A DNA stretch of 64,000 nucleotides from positions 65,892,514-65,956,513 of the forward strand of contig JARFYF010000112.1 in the NCBI GenBank assembly GCA_030265395.1. The letters are read 5' to 3'. How positions within the stretch are numbered: the first letter of the stretch is position 1; each line of letters opens with the position of its first letter. Origin of the DNA: Rhina ancylostomus (Eukaryota). The position numbers and the translations under genes were made by a program. Positions 1 through 12,132 of the stretch are shown here, one piece after another. Under the pieces are notes generated by a model that worked only from the letters and a program-made list of their open reading frames with translations, did not search any database and had not been told where the DNA came from.

Positions 1-93
1 GAAGGGTTAGATAGATCTTAGAGCAGGATAAAATGTCAGCACAACATTGTGGGCCAAAGGTCCTGTACTGTGCTGTAATGTTCTATGTCCTAT
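1..93 (+). mobile_element. CR1-type LINE 3' tail fragment
   Basis: 'gcacaacattgtgggccaaaggtcctgtactgtgctgtaatgttctatgtcctat' is a CR1 3'-end stem-loop plus ttctat-type terminal repeat. The same tail occurs at ~49710-49760 and ~34475-34516. Confidence 0.75.
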
Positions 94-230
94 TGTAAAC
101 ATAAAGAGCTCTAAAATAAATTCCCCTATTAATTTGGACTGACATTTCTCAAAAAGCTGATAGATTGTGTTTTTCTTTTCAGTTATTGCTTAAGATTTAA
201 TATTTACTCTATTTTCCTCAACCAAAAAAG

Positions 231-3200
231 GTGGCAGAATTGATTTGGATGGTTCCAGTTTGGCTTTACGTTCTCTCAGTAAAATGGACTCTGAACAGTT
301 TATTGCCGGTGATTCTGCTGGAAGGCTGGCGACAGTTAAGAAAAGGTCTATGTCTATCAATTTGTCGCAAACTGATCTGATGTCATCTAGGATCTTACCC
401 CCTATACTGGCGTCTGATAAATCAGATTCTGCTCAGAAACAAGAGAAGCCAATGAATGTTGTAAAAGCAATAGCAGATGCAATTTCATCAAATCAGTTAC
501 ACATTGAATTGATATGGATAAAGTCATCTTCAACCATAACAAAGTTAGACAAGTTGGTGTCAAACCCAGATATCAATCTTGGTTCAGGTGACATTATCAC
601 TAATGTTGTGGATGCCATTTTAGACATTACTGTTTCTTCATCAAACTTGAGGCTTGACAGCAAAAGAACAGATGCAGGAAGGAAATCGGTATCACCAGTA
701 TCTAAAATTGCATCAGATATCTTCAGTACTGTGACGTCGGTAAAGCAATATGGTAAAACTTCACAATCTGCAGCAGCTCAACCCCAAAATGTACCATTGC
801 TTTCGCACAACTCAATGTTGTTAGTAACTAATGTTGCTGAGGAACTAGTTAGTAATTTATTGCAGAGGTGTCTTCTGTTTCAAGATCAACCCACAACTGA
901 TTCTCAGGCTGGAGCTGCTCAACCTTCTCGCCCCAATAATACCAAGCCAAGTGAAGCTATGTCATTTGGCTCAGTTGTACCTGAATCACAGTATGAGAAG
1001 CTCTTCAGTATAATAATGAAATCAGTTACTGATATTTTAGCAGGTAAATTAAATCTACCAAATGAAAATGTGATATCTTCAACTAAGGTTATTTCCAAGC
1101 ATGAAATGTCAAAAGCTGCAATGGATACTTCTGATTTTATACCTGAAACTGCATTGGTAATGGAAAAAACAGCACCCACCACTGCAGTAGCTGTAAGAGG
1201 AAAGCCTACTTATTTAGAAGAAACCATATTAACTTCAAATGTTGCATTCCAGAAACAACCAGGAAACTCTTTCATTGGACAAGATACCATTATTAAAAAG
1301 TTGCCTAAAAAGCGCAGATTATCTTTGAGTAAGATTTCAGTAAGTCCCACAAAATCTCTCTCATCAGAAAGTCAAAAATTAGGAATGAGGCCAGAACGCT
1401 TACCAGAAGCAATTCCAAAATCAAAAAAGCCTATCACAACAAAAAAGAATATTGCTCANNNNNNNNNNNNNNNNNNNNNNNNNNNNNNNNNNNNNNNNNN
1501 NNNNNNNNNNNNNNNNNNNNNNNNNNTAATAAAGGATGAGAAATCAGAGAAAATTGCCGTTAAAGGTAAATCAGTTCAGAAGCCTACTCACCTTGATAGT
1601 AAACCTGTTCAAGAAACACTTGATGATAATCTTGCTTTACATCCTCCTGACTCAAAAGGTGATAAACCTATTCAAGAATCATTTGACCTTCTTGATGAAA
1701 AACTTGTAAAATTGCTTACAGGTCAACTCAAATGTGAGATTTCAGAAATGGTTTCGACTCAAAAAAAAACAGATGCTGAAATTTCAGAGACATCAGAAGC
1801 TGGTAATAAACCTCACGTCATTAGTGATTCTTGCCTTGAACTTGTTCCAGAAGACACTTCAGCAACTGTCTTGGATCATATCAAAAAATTAATTGGCCTT
1901 TCATTGCATTCACTAGAACAAAAGCCTGAGACTGAAAAACAGCAAATATGTGCTCATAAGTCAACAGAGATGTCAAACACTGCTGGCGAATTCACTGAGT
2001 GTTTTGTAAAACTGTTCAATGAAATGACAAGCTCAGTGTCTCAGTCATGTCAGTTAAGCCTTACTTCTCCAGATTTTTTAAATGCTATTTATTATGAAAT
2101 AAAAAAATCACTGGCATCTTATAAAGAACAAAAATCTGAATCAGGTCAAGTGGCAAAATACACCAAAATACCAAGTGAAGGAAAAAGGCACGTTAGTGCA
2201 CTTGGTGATCAAGTCACAAACCGGCTTCATGAAATATTGCGGACAAAAACTGAGATGCTTGCCTCAAATCGTAAAGATTTAAGAGAACAGAAGGCACCAG
2301 AGACAGCAAAACTTATGAAGGAGGAGCTCATAAAGTTTGCCTTACAACAGCTATTAAGTGATGAAAAGTTTTCACAGGAAATCACAAACATTATCGAAGA
2401 AGAAAGAAAAGTAATTTCACCTCCACCAAGGAATCTTATGGCCATTATCACTCCAGAAGTTTTGAAAGATATTATTTTTAAAGTGATTAATATTTTACTT
2501 GAGAAGGTGGATTCCACATTAAGTTTTGTTCCACTTAAAAATGAAGTGAGTGATGTTTCTCAAGAACTTGTCAATGCCATTGTTGAAGAGTTAGAAAGGA
2601 AATACACTTGTACAGATTCATTGGAAGTTGATTCAATCATAGATGAAACTTTGGTTGAACCAGCCACAAAGACAGTTCAAATCATGTCCTTTGCCAGTAT
2701 GCTTACTTCACTTAACTTTGTAAGCAATGTCACTGAGCAAGCCAAGAAAATTCTTTCTTTAAAACCACTAATGCAAAATCAGGTAGTTCTTAAAAAGATA
2801 ATGAAACATAAGGGAAAATGTTTAGACTCTGCAACCGAGCCTGTTTCGTCATATTTTGACTTAATTTCAGTAGACCTTGTCAGATTTGTTTTGGAACAGA
2901 TTCAACATATCATTAATTGTTCTGCATCCTCAAATGAAATGCAATCACGTACAACCAGCAGTGAAATATCAATTGATATTAGTTCAAAAGACACTGCTGC
3001 TCCAACAATCAGTAGTGGGCAGTCATCTAGCAGTTCAAAGACAAGTAAAAAGAGAATATCATTCAGCCTACCACGAGAATCAGTTTGTGAAAAGATACAT
3101 TCAAGTAGCATTTCACCAGTAGTTGATGAACTGATCTGTAAAAGTAGTAATATGGCTGAAGAAACACCAGAAGATGTGTGTCACTATGAGCCGGGCATTT

Positions 3201-5806
3201 CTGGCTTGACAAAAATGTCTGAAGTATTGGTTGAGAATATAGTTGATGCAGTATTCACTTCAGAGCCATCAAATGAAGAAACAGGTGTATGCCCATTTGT
3301 TAAAACACCTGTTTCACTCGATGAAGATATGGCAAGTAAATTAGTACAGTTCATTAGAGATGAAAAAAAGAAATGTCAAGTTTCAGATACTGTGTTTTCT
3401 GAATCTTCTGAATCATTTTCTGATCTCAGAGTGGAAAAACTTGTTTCTGGAACAATTGAAGAAATTGGAGCAAGTTTCTTCTCTCCGCAAGCTGATTCAG
3501 GTGAAAGACAGATCTGTGGGGAAGAAGAAACAATCTGTGAATGTCACAAGCAAGATGTAAAAATTGCCTGTTCAGAACCTGATCTGGCTGAAAATATTGA
3601 TGTGGTTTTGCAACCCCATGTCTTGAAATCTATCACTGATTATGTTAAGCAGAGTGTATATCAAAGCCAATTAGATCAATTATGCAGGTCTGGAGAAGCA
3701 GATGCATTTAAAAAGGATACCACTAGGCAAGAACTACAGGACTTTTTCCTAGAACAAGTAACAAAAGAGAATGTACAGAAAATTATCAAGTGCAAAAAAC
3801 ACACGTTATATATTGACAAGTCAACATCAGAATGGATACCGTTAGAAGAGATGAAAAGTAAGGAATATGTATATTCAGCTGATGATGATCTTGACTATGA
3901 TTCAGTGTGCCCATTAACACGAAAAGAGACTGTTGTATCATGGATCCCAACACCACTGGTTTGTGATGAAAGACGTTATGATGAAAATTTTGTTTCAATT
4001 GATGAACTACATAAAATATTATGTATGGAAGGAGAGAAAAGTTTGTCACGAGTTACAGATTCAATTTTACAAGCTCCAATGGTTGAAACTGCTCAAAGTA
4101 CAAAAACTCAATTAAATCTGCTCTCAGATACAGCTATTTCAAATACTTTCCAAGAATTAGAAAGCAGTTTCGAACCGCCATGTGTCTGCCCATTCAAACC
4201 TACAGATACTGATGTCTGTAAATTTCCTGACAAGCAGAGAAGCCCATTAGAACTCTCAGACAAAGAGAATGTGTGTGGACTAACTGCCTTTGTGACATCA
4301 CCTACAGAAAATATAGACACATATGATTCCACCTGCACATGTCCACGACATTTTGAAGACAGAAAGCTTTCTGTCTCTTCAACTTCAACTGGAAGCAGTG
4401 AAGCAGAAAGCCTTGTTCAAACAGCTTTGTGTAATATGTGGGCTTCTCTACCTTATGAGAAACAACTGGATTCAGAGCCACATGAACATGATAAACCGCA
4501 CTCAAGTGAAAGTTCTATTGCCCTTGATGATTTGTCTGAAGAACTATTAACAGATGCATTGGTTTCCATTTTCTCACATATAATAGATTCACTTTTGCAG
4601 GAATCATCAGACAAAACAAGTCCATCGTCTTCCCAATTAAATTTATTTTCAGAAAATATTGTGTCAGGAGTTATGCAAGGATTAAAGCAAAGCCCTGAGT
4701 CTTCTGTTTCCTCTCTACTTATCCCTTCATCTAGTGAATCATCTGGAAAAGACACTAGTCCAAAAGCAACTTTTCAAAAAGGTAATTTAAGGAAACAAGC
4801 ACCTGGCAAACCACGAGCTTCTGGAAAAGTTAGTTCTCATGGTAAATCTGCACGAAAAGTTACAGAGAAAGAGCTTTCTTCATCTTCCACTTTAGCAGAT
4901 GATACATCTTATTCAACTGTAAGTAGAGATGCAGATCATTTAGTTGAAACAGTTCTGCATAATATTTCAAGTAAGCATAATAAGGACCTATATAGCTCTG
5001 AGCTAATTCAACACAAAAAGGCAATACAACAGAAAAGAGCAACTCAACTAGAAACTTCGAGTGAAAGTTCTCTTTCATTAAATGAGTTCACTGGAGGGTT
5101 GTCAAAAGAGGATGTTGCTGCTATTTATTCTTATGTTACAGATGTGCTTTTGCGTAAATCGCTCACTCAGCCATCTCAAAGAGTAAGTCAATCTCAATCA
5201 AGTTTTCTTTCAGAAAAAATTGTAGCAGATATAATGCAAGACTTACAAAGTATCCCTGAAGCAACTAGTTGCTTCCCGGCTAAGCCTTCTTTTAATAATG
5301 CCAATACAAAGAAGTTAAATATTGGTATTGCTGCAGAACAGCCAGCTCCCACAATAGAAAGCTCAGATCTTAAAATCACTGAAGGAATACAGCCATCTGA
5401 CTCATCTTCTGCAGAAGGGACATCACATACACTGACAAGTGAGATAGATGATATTGTTCATATTGCTTTGAATGATTTGTCAATTACAGAGCTTTTGGAT
5501 ATTGAGGAAACAGTACCTGCGAACATTGTACCACATAAGAAACTCACAGAATTCAGAGTAAATCCAGAGATAATCTCAGAACACTTGTCTGTAATTTCAA
5601 TCAAAACAGAGCCACTTGAGGTACTTCAGCAGATGTCTTTGCTTCAAACTGGTCAAGATTTAAATGAAATTCGTAAAGCTTCAATAGCAAATGTAACACT
5701 GGCATTAACAAGTCCGTATGGAAGGAGTGTCAGTTTTGAGAAATCAGGATCATCGAGAAGAGGCTCTTTGGACGAGCAAGGTAGATTGGACATAAAACGA
5801 AACGAG
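231..5806 (+). CDS. FSIP2-like (fibrous sheath-interacting protein 2 family) giant internal coding exon, ~1858 codons; upstream exons lie outside the window
   Basis: The ORF is open from an in-frame TAA at 191 to 5815, with a 68-N gap at 1459-1526. Candidate acceptor 'tattttcctcaaccaaaaaag|g' at 230/231 (phase 1); donor 'gag|gtacgt' at 5806/5807 (phase 0). The product is S/E/K-rich and ends in the FSIP2-type C-terminal block 'PEIISEHLSVISIKTEPLE...RRGSLDEQGRLDIKRNE'. Confidence 0.85.
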
Positions 5807-6064
5807 GTACGTTAAGCATAAAGAAGACCCATAATAGTATTTGTTAAAAGGGAAAATCTATTTGCTTTCATCTTCCTTATGCTATTTTTTTTTCTCAGTA
5901 TTAATCCCAGACTGACGGTTGAGTGTGGAAGACCAATTTTAAAAGCCATTTTTTGATAGTTTTTTTCTTCCCACCCATTGTTAAAATACCTACCTCTGCT
6001 CAGCACTTTCCCTAATATCCTGGCCATAACTCAGACTTATAAATCCAGAATTAATGAGATTTTT

Positions 6065-8010
6065 CATTCATTGAATGTGCGCGTAACAGGTAAGATTAAC
6101 ATTTGTTACCAATCCCTACGTGCCTTTGAGAAGGTGGTAATGAACTGTTTTATTGGATGAATGATGCCCATATAAAGGCCTACAGTCTTGTTAGGGAGTC
6201 CCAGCAATGTTGAACTGCTACATATTTTCAAATGTCACCTGAAGGGTAATTTGCAGATGGTGATGATCCCCTGAATGTGCTACCATTTGCTTTGTGTGTG
6301 GTAGAAATCACAGATTTGCAGAGTGCTGCTAAAGAAGTTTCAGAGAGTTGCCACAGTGCATTTTGTACATGCTATGTTCTGTTACCACAATGAACCAAGA
6401 GTGGAGGAAATGAATATTTAGGCTGTGTTGATCAAACAACTGTTTTGTTTTGGATGTTGAACTTCCTGAGTCTTGCTGAGTCTGCACTCACCCAGGCAAG
6501 TGGAGTGTACTCCATGATACTCCTGACATGCTTATGCCATGCTTGCACCAAGACTGTCATGAGACCTGGAGCCAAGTGGTCTGGGTAGAACCGAAACTAG
6601 GCATAATTAAACAGTTTATTGCTATGTAACCATCTTGATACTATTGCTAATTACAATTATTAATCTACTCTCACACATTAACAAGTGATGAAAAGTTGGA
6701 GGAGTGGAGAGGGTGTTGCAGGAGATAGTTGGACTTATCCTGCATTTTGTAGTCATACCATGGCAATTTTCCATTTTGTTGTGTTAATGCTATTCTGGAA
6801 CTATTAAGTGGAAACGTATCTAGTACTAGAGCCCAAAGTTCAGCATTACAGTCAGGACATTGTCATGCCCAATTTTTTTCTGTATTCACTGCACTCAATT
6901 TATTTGTGATTTCACGTGAGGTTAATCAAATTGGCTAAAGTCAGTTATCTATAGTGGTATGGTGCTCAGAGGAAGCCTGAAAAATATTATGCAATCATCT
7001 TTTGGTTAATAATGGTTACAAACACTTCTGTTCTGCACTCATATGCTGGACTGTCAAAAGGATGTTCAAAGGGCCTTCTGTGAGTTTTTAATTGTCCACC
7101 ATTTGTGACTGGATGTAATGGAAATCCAGAACTTTGATCTAAAGCTTCTGGGGACCATTTGGTCTTTCAACAGCATGAAACATAGAAACATAGAAAAAAG
7201 AAGCAGGTGTAGGTCATTTGGCCCTTCAAGCTTATCCTGCCCAACAAAATGATCATGATTTATCTGTCTCAATACCATGTTTCCATTCTCTTCCCATGCT
7301 GCCTTTTGTGTCTAGAAATTTATCTTTCTCCTTCTTAAAAATATTCAGTAGCTTCTGCAGTCCTCTCTGGAAAGATATTCCACAGATTAACCTTTAGTGA
7401 AAAAGTCTCACTTCATTTCTGTTCTAAATGTCTTGCCCCCTGCAACCTGAGATTGTGAACCCTTGTTCCAGACAATCCAACAGGGGAAGCATCCACATCC
7501 AATGTACCTAACTCAGAATTTTAAGTTTCAATTAGATCACCTCACAATCTTCTAGGCTATTGTGAATATAAATCGAGTTGATTTAATCTGTCCTCATATG
7601 GCAGTCCTATCATTCCAAGAATCAGTCAGCATGCTGTTTCTGCTATTGAGAATCCATATTGTCCTGTGTTGCATGTTCACCAGGCACCTCATTTTTATGT
7701 TTGCTTGAACTTCTTCCAGTATATGGTTCTATCGTCCTAATTGCACCAATCGGCTTGGTAGTTATTATAGAGTGAAGGATTTGCTGGGCCACAGTTAACA
7801 TATTACCATGGAGTCTAATTCTGCTGCTGCAGCTGGCCCACATCACCAAATGGATGTCTGCTTTTGAGCTGATGGATCTATTCTGAATCTTTCTCATTTA
7901 TTTCAATGTAGTGCCCTCAGTCTAAAGGGACTTTGCCTTCACAAGAACTGTGCAATGGCTACTCCAGCTGGTACTGTCACGAAGAGATGCATCTGCTGGA
8001 GTTTGATTGG
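6065..8010 (-). mobile_element. Old LINE remnant (CR1/L2 group), interrupted by a younger CR1 at ~7170-7620
   Basis: Begins with the reverse-complemented tail 'aacatttgttaccaatccctacgtgcctttgagaaggtggt'. Collinear similarity to the copy at 12075-14900 ('atttgcagatggtg', 'ttgtccacc...gaactttgatct', 'gactttgcc'). Confidence 0.6.
7170..7620 (-). mobile_element. CR1-type LINE 3' fragment
   Basis: Reverse tail repeat 'aaacatagaaacatagaaa' and 'aggtcatttggcccttc', followed by degraded ORF2 C-terminal sequence. Confidence 0.75.
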
Positions 8011-8984
8011 GAGGATGAGTTCAACTTGGTAACATTGAGATCAGGAAATTTGCACATGTAATTGTATGATACTTTGCACATGATGGATATCATGTAGTGA
8101 GTGGATTGTTTATAACCCACAATGAGCAGGTGTAAAATATGATATTGTTCGTTAAAAGTTAGAATTAATATTAATACGTCTGAGGTGTAGAACTGAAAGA
8201 ATGGGGAAATAATGAGGAAAATAATTGCAAGTCCTGCCCACACACAGTGAAGAAAGGGATTTAGGAAGCTAATTTTAGGGTATGTGGCTTAAGGTAGTGT
8301 ATCCATTGGTGGGCTCAAAGGAGAAGCACAAGGGTCCAGAGTCAGTGGACAAGTGAGTCAAACAGTGAATGTAGAACAGGAGGAGGTGAGAGATGGGGTG
8401 GGTGGTCTTTGTGATGAATAAGTTAAGGGTTTGGAAGATCGGCACAAGTTCTGATTTAGCGTCGTGGCTGGGGTCAGCAATAAAGTCTGGACAGCAGTGT
8501 AGAATTCAGGACGGGAGCTGAAGGTAATAGCTTCTAATGCAGTTAGATAAATATGAAGTTGAAGAATCTGTTTATATGGCCAATCACTTTCACTCTGGGC
8601 ACTCTGTTTTACTCCTTGTGTGTCTTGCTTGTTGTGATCACAGCAAGTAAAATTTTAGACAAGACCTGCATATAACACATGAAAAGCTTCAGTGACATTA
8701 CACAATCATTGTCTAATTTTCCCAGATCTCTTTGTGCTCTGTTTCTAATTATCTGTCCTTGCCTGTCTCTCATTTGCTCTTCTGTCTGTTGTTCCATCTT
8801 TTTGTCCCATTCTGGTGTAATTTCCTTTTCCTTCTCAATTGGGAGGTCATCGGTGATATGGGGCATGGAAGGAGTACACCAACAACTGATGGTTGCATTT
8901 GGGGAGAGAACCATGATAAGAATGGAATCTTCACTGACTGTCCTGACATTCACTCCACAACAACTCTTCTTTCCAAACTTGTTC

Positions 8985-9237
8985 TTCATAGGCAGCCCCT
9001 CGGATTCGAGGATGGTTTGCTTCCACTCCTTTATTGTTGCTACCAACATTACTGATGATCCCAGTGTGGGAACTGCAGTATATTAGGCAGAGGCGCTTGA
9101 TGGGCTAGTGGCAGTTTGAAAGGCAGTGTACTGCTTCTGCCATTTACACAAGGCTTCTGTATGCTCCAAATGCAAAGACTCTCAGCACCATCCTGAATGC
9201 TCCTTCTCCACTTGGACTGGGCCAGAGATTCCCAGTT
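8985..9237 (-). mobile_element. RTE-clade LINE 3' fragment
   Basis: The reverse strand ends in 'aaaccatcctcgaatccgaggggctgcctatgaagaac', an RTE-type tail. The 9140-9237 segment reads on the minus strand as a degraded RTE ORF end (WESLA..KWRRSIQDG-like). Confidence 0.6.
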
Positions 9238-9344
9238 AATCTTTTTTTCTTAACTTTTTAGTCTATAATCTTTTAATCTTTTTTTTCTTACTCTAGGGAA
9301 ACAAAAATTCTAAATTAGTGCTCTTTCTGGAATCACATATTAGC

Positions 9345-9550
9345 TAGTCTGGCTGAGGATGACAAATTAGGTTCACTAATGAACCATATGTGATTTTACA
9401 AAAATCTAATAATTTTGTGGTCAACAATGCTGATACTAGCATTTTATTTCATATTATATAATTTACTGAATTTATATTTCTTGGCTGCAGTGGTAGGTTA
9501 AAACTTATCCTTTTTGATTACCAACCAATAACATCATTGCGTTACTGTAT
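9345..9550 (-). mobile_element. Degraded SINE (same family as 10060-10275 and 14900-15110)
   Basis: Shares the 'cactaatgaacca...tttacaa...tactgaatttatatt...ctgc' core with the 14900-15110 copy. Confidence 0.45.
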
Positions 9551-10059
9551 TGGTTCCCAATCTAATATTTCTCATTTCCTTACGATAGAGAAGAAAGCCA
9601 TTTAACCCATTGAATAAATGCCAGCTATCAGAACATTAACGTCCATCCCATTCCTCCTTTTATTCCTCAAGACTTCTAATTTAAAGTACTCATTCTTGTG
9701 TGTAAATCCCTCATCATATTTCTATTTCTTCAATTTTCTATGAACTCTGCATTACTGCATCTCCAAACTTTTGCACAACTCCCATTCTGTTCATCCACTA
9801 CTGAGGCTATGCTTTTTACTGTCTAGGCACAAAGCTCTTAAATTCCCTTGCTACTTATCTTGGCCTCTGAACTCCCTTACCTTTTAAGACCCTCCTTAAT
9901 TACTAACCCTCTGACTAAGTTTTTTTTTGTAATTTCTGCTAACAATTTCATCTTTGGAGTTTCTGCTGATTCCTGTGTGATGACTCTTCTGTATCTCATC
10001 TAGGATTATGTTACTGATTACCTGATTTAAATGTGAGTTATTGGAGCACAGTTATTAGC

Positions 10060-10275
10060 ATTGATGGCCAGGAAACTACCTGATAGTTTAAAAAAACTCA
10101 CTTGGATCACTAATGTCTTTGAAGGGAAGTAATCTCACACTTTTACCCAGTTTTTACTATATGATACTTCAGACGACTAATATGTTTAACTCTTAAAATG
10201 TCCTGTAAAGTAACCTGGCCATCCATTTAGTTAAGGGCAATTAGGGATGGATGATAAATGCTACCCAGATCCCCA
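10060..10275 (+). mobile_element. SINE whose 3' tail is shared with the old LINE family
   Basis: Core 'cactaatgtctttgaagggaag' is the reverse complement of 'ccttcactaaaggacattagtg' at ~14960. Tail 'agggcaattagggatggatgataaatgct' is the reverse complement of the LINE tails at ~6100 and ~12110. Confidence 0.55.
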
Positions 10276-10402
10276 AAAAAAGTGCCAAACAAGCATAGGT
10301 TAAATCATCCTTATTTTCTGCAAAATGAGAACAATGACTATATATTTTTTGTTAATTATTAGTCATGATGTGTAATATTAAATCTCATTTTGTTTATGAC
10401 AG

Positions 10403-11098
10403 GTGATCGCTAGAAACTCATTTGTAAATTTACACAATCCTGATATTTCTAAAGTAGAACTTTTAAAAGATGTGGAAACAAATAAAGACTTAATATTACG
10501 TCTGGTAGCCCATGATGTTGCACCAGATCCAGATCTTGACACTGAGGACGAGAGTACAGGCGAAGAGATAGAAATTCAACTCACAGAGAATGAGGAAAGT
10601 ATACTTCGTGAAGATTTTGGAATGTTTGATATCGACACAGATTCCAATACTGAAGAAGAACGTGCAATTTCTAAGGGAAATACTAACAATACAGATATTA
10701 TTATAAAAGATGATGCTCCCAAGTCATTATTGAAAGGGTGGGACAGTATTGGTGACAAAACAATTAATGACTTATCAGTTGAAAAACTGCGATACAACAA
10801 TGCACAGTCTGAGAGAAGACAAAGTTTTGAACTTTTCGTGGAACTCATGCGCAACAGAACAGAGCAGGAACCTGGAAATGAACTAATATCACTGCAGAAA
10901 TGGTATTCCCTACATAATGTTACTTCTTCTTCTGCAAAAGAAACTGATACCACTGGTGGAACTAAAAGAGAAATATCTGCAGAAGGTCATATTCCACATC
11001 CACCGCAAGAAAAGAAACCAAAGGCAAAAGAGTTCAGTCGTGTACGCTTTGACCCTAAGGCCTTTATTTCTTCTTCAAGGATTTCCAGTGTGGTATGA
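10403..11098 (+). CDS. FSIP2-like exon with conserved C-terminal motif (terminal exon, or spliced out at 11092)
   Basis: Acceptor 'ttttgtttatgacag|gtg' at 10402/10403 is phase 0 and joins the giant exon as ...LDIKRNE|VIARNSFVNLHNPDISKVELLKDVETNKDLILRLVAHD. This closely matches the recalled FSIP2 motif 'RNSF..PDI.KVELLKDV..K.DLI.RLVAHD'. An acidic tract follows; TGA at 11096-11098. Confidence 0.85.
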   Translation: MIARNSFVNLHNPDISKVELLKDVETNKDLILRLVAHDVAPDPDLDTEDESTGEEIEIQLTENEESILREDFGMFDIDTDSNTEEERAISKGNTNNTDIIIKDDAPKSLLKGWDSIGDKTINDLSVEKLRYNNAQSERRQSFELFVELMRNRTEQEPGNELISLQKWYSLHNVTSSSAKETDTTGGTKREISAEGHIPHPPQEKKPKAKEFSRVRFDPKAFISSSRISSVV

Positions 11099-12132
11099 TT
11101 TAACTTTTGAGTTTTATTAATCAATATTGGCACAGGATATAATTTTTAACTGAATACTGGTTTATTCTCATATAATGCTGAAAATGCTTTACGTATTTCT
11201 TCCAAGATTAACATTTAAGTAATATTTTATCTTAGGCTATTGGTCACAGAAATAGAACTGTGGACTCACTTAATGTAACAGCATAAATGCTTCAACAAGT
11301 ACTTTCCCCAAACCAAAATTGATTCCACCATTCTCACCAAAATTGGAAATAGCAACCACCCAAAGTATAATAATGTCCTGATCCAGAAAGTGAGCTGGAG
11401 TAAGGGAGCTAAAACAAGTAGAATTTCTATCCTACATCACATCTGTCCAAGGGCCCATCTGCATAAATATGAAGTGCATCTTAAAAAAAAAGCATAATTG
11501 AAGTTCCTTCTTGATTTGGCAATGACCTGATTTGCCCACCGCATTAAAAATGTATTTGATATCATCTTCTAGGATAGTAGGAAACATTTAGTTTAGATTG
11601 TTCATAAAACAAAAATTAATATAATTTAACTATCCGCTTCCACTTAATGCCTTGTTTAGTTTGGGCATTTAGTTCGGATTTCTTTTACTATTATTAAGGG
11701 CAGATCTGAGATGTCCCACATTGGAGATAATTCTTAATTTCTCACATTTTCTAAACACATTATAGAGAATGGGGAAGAATTTGTATATGGTGGCTGAGTA
11801 TTTTCAAGTTTTAAGTTCCAAAATGGCATCCATAGTGGCAGTGCATATTTGTGGAGAGAATCCCTCTGGCTCCTTTAGTTGCAAGGTTGCTGCACAAACA
11901 CAGAGTAAATTTCATATATATATATGATATAGCAGAAAGGGACCCTCATCAGTGCTAATTAAGGACAATAATTAAGCATTTGATGTTGATTGTTTGTTTC
12001 AAGTGATTTCAAAAGTTGTTTCACATTTGAAAACTTTGTGGTGTGACAAGTGCTGATGCTTTTGTTTATACTCAATTACAGAAGGTGGACATCACTGGCA
12101 AAGGCAATGTCTGTTGCCCATCCACAATTGTC

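Noticed and set aside
245-5815. 1856-aa ORF as a complete single-exon gene
   Set aside because: It starts at TTG, not ATG, and is bounded by splice sites; the conserved motif continues in phase in the 10403 exon.
8609-9086. Overlapping ORFs of 107-146 aa on both strands
   Set aside because: They partly overlap an RTE tail and purine/pyrimidine-skewed sequence, with no recognisable domain or clear splice structure.
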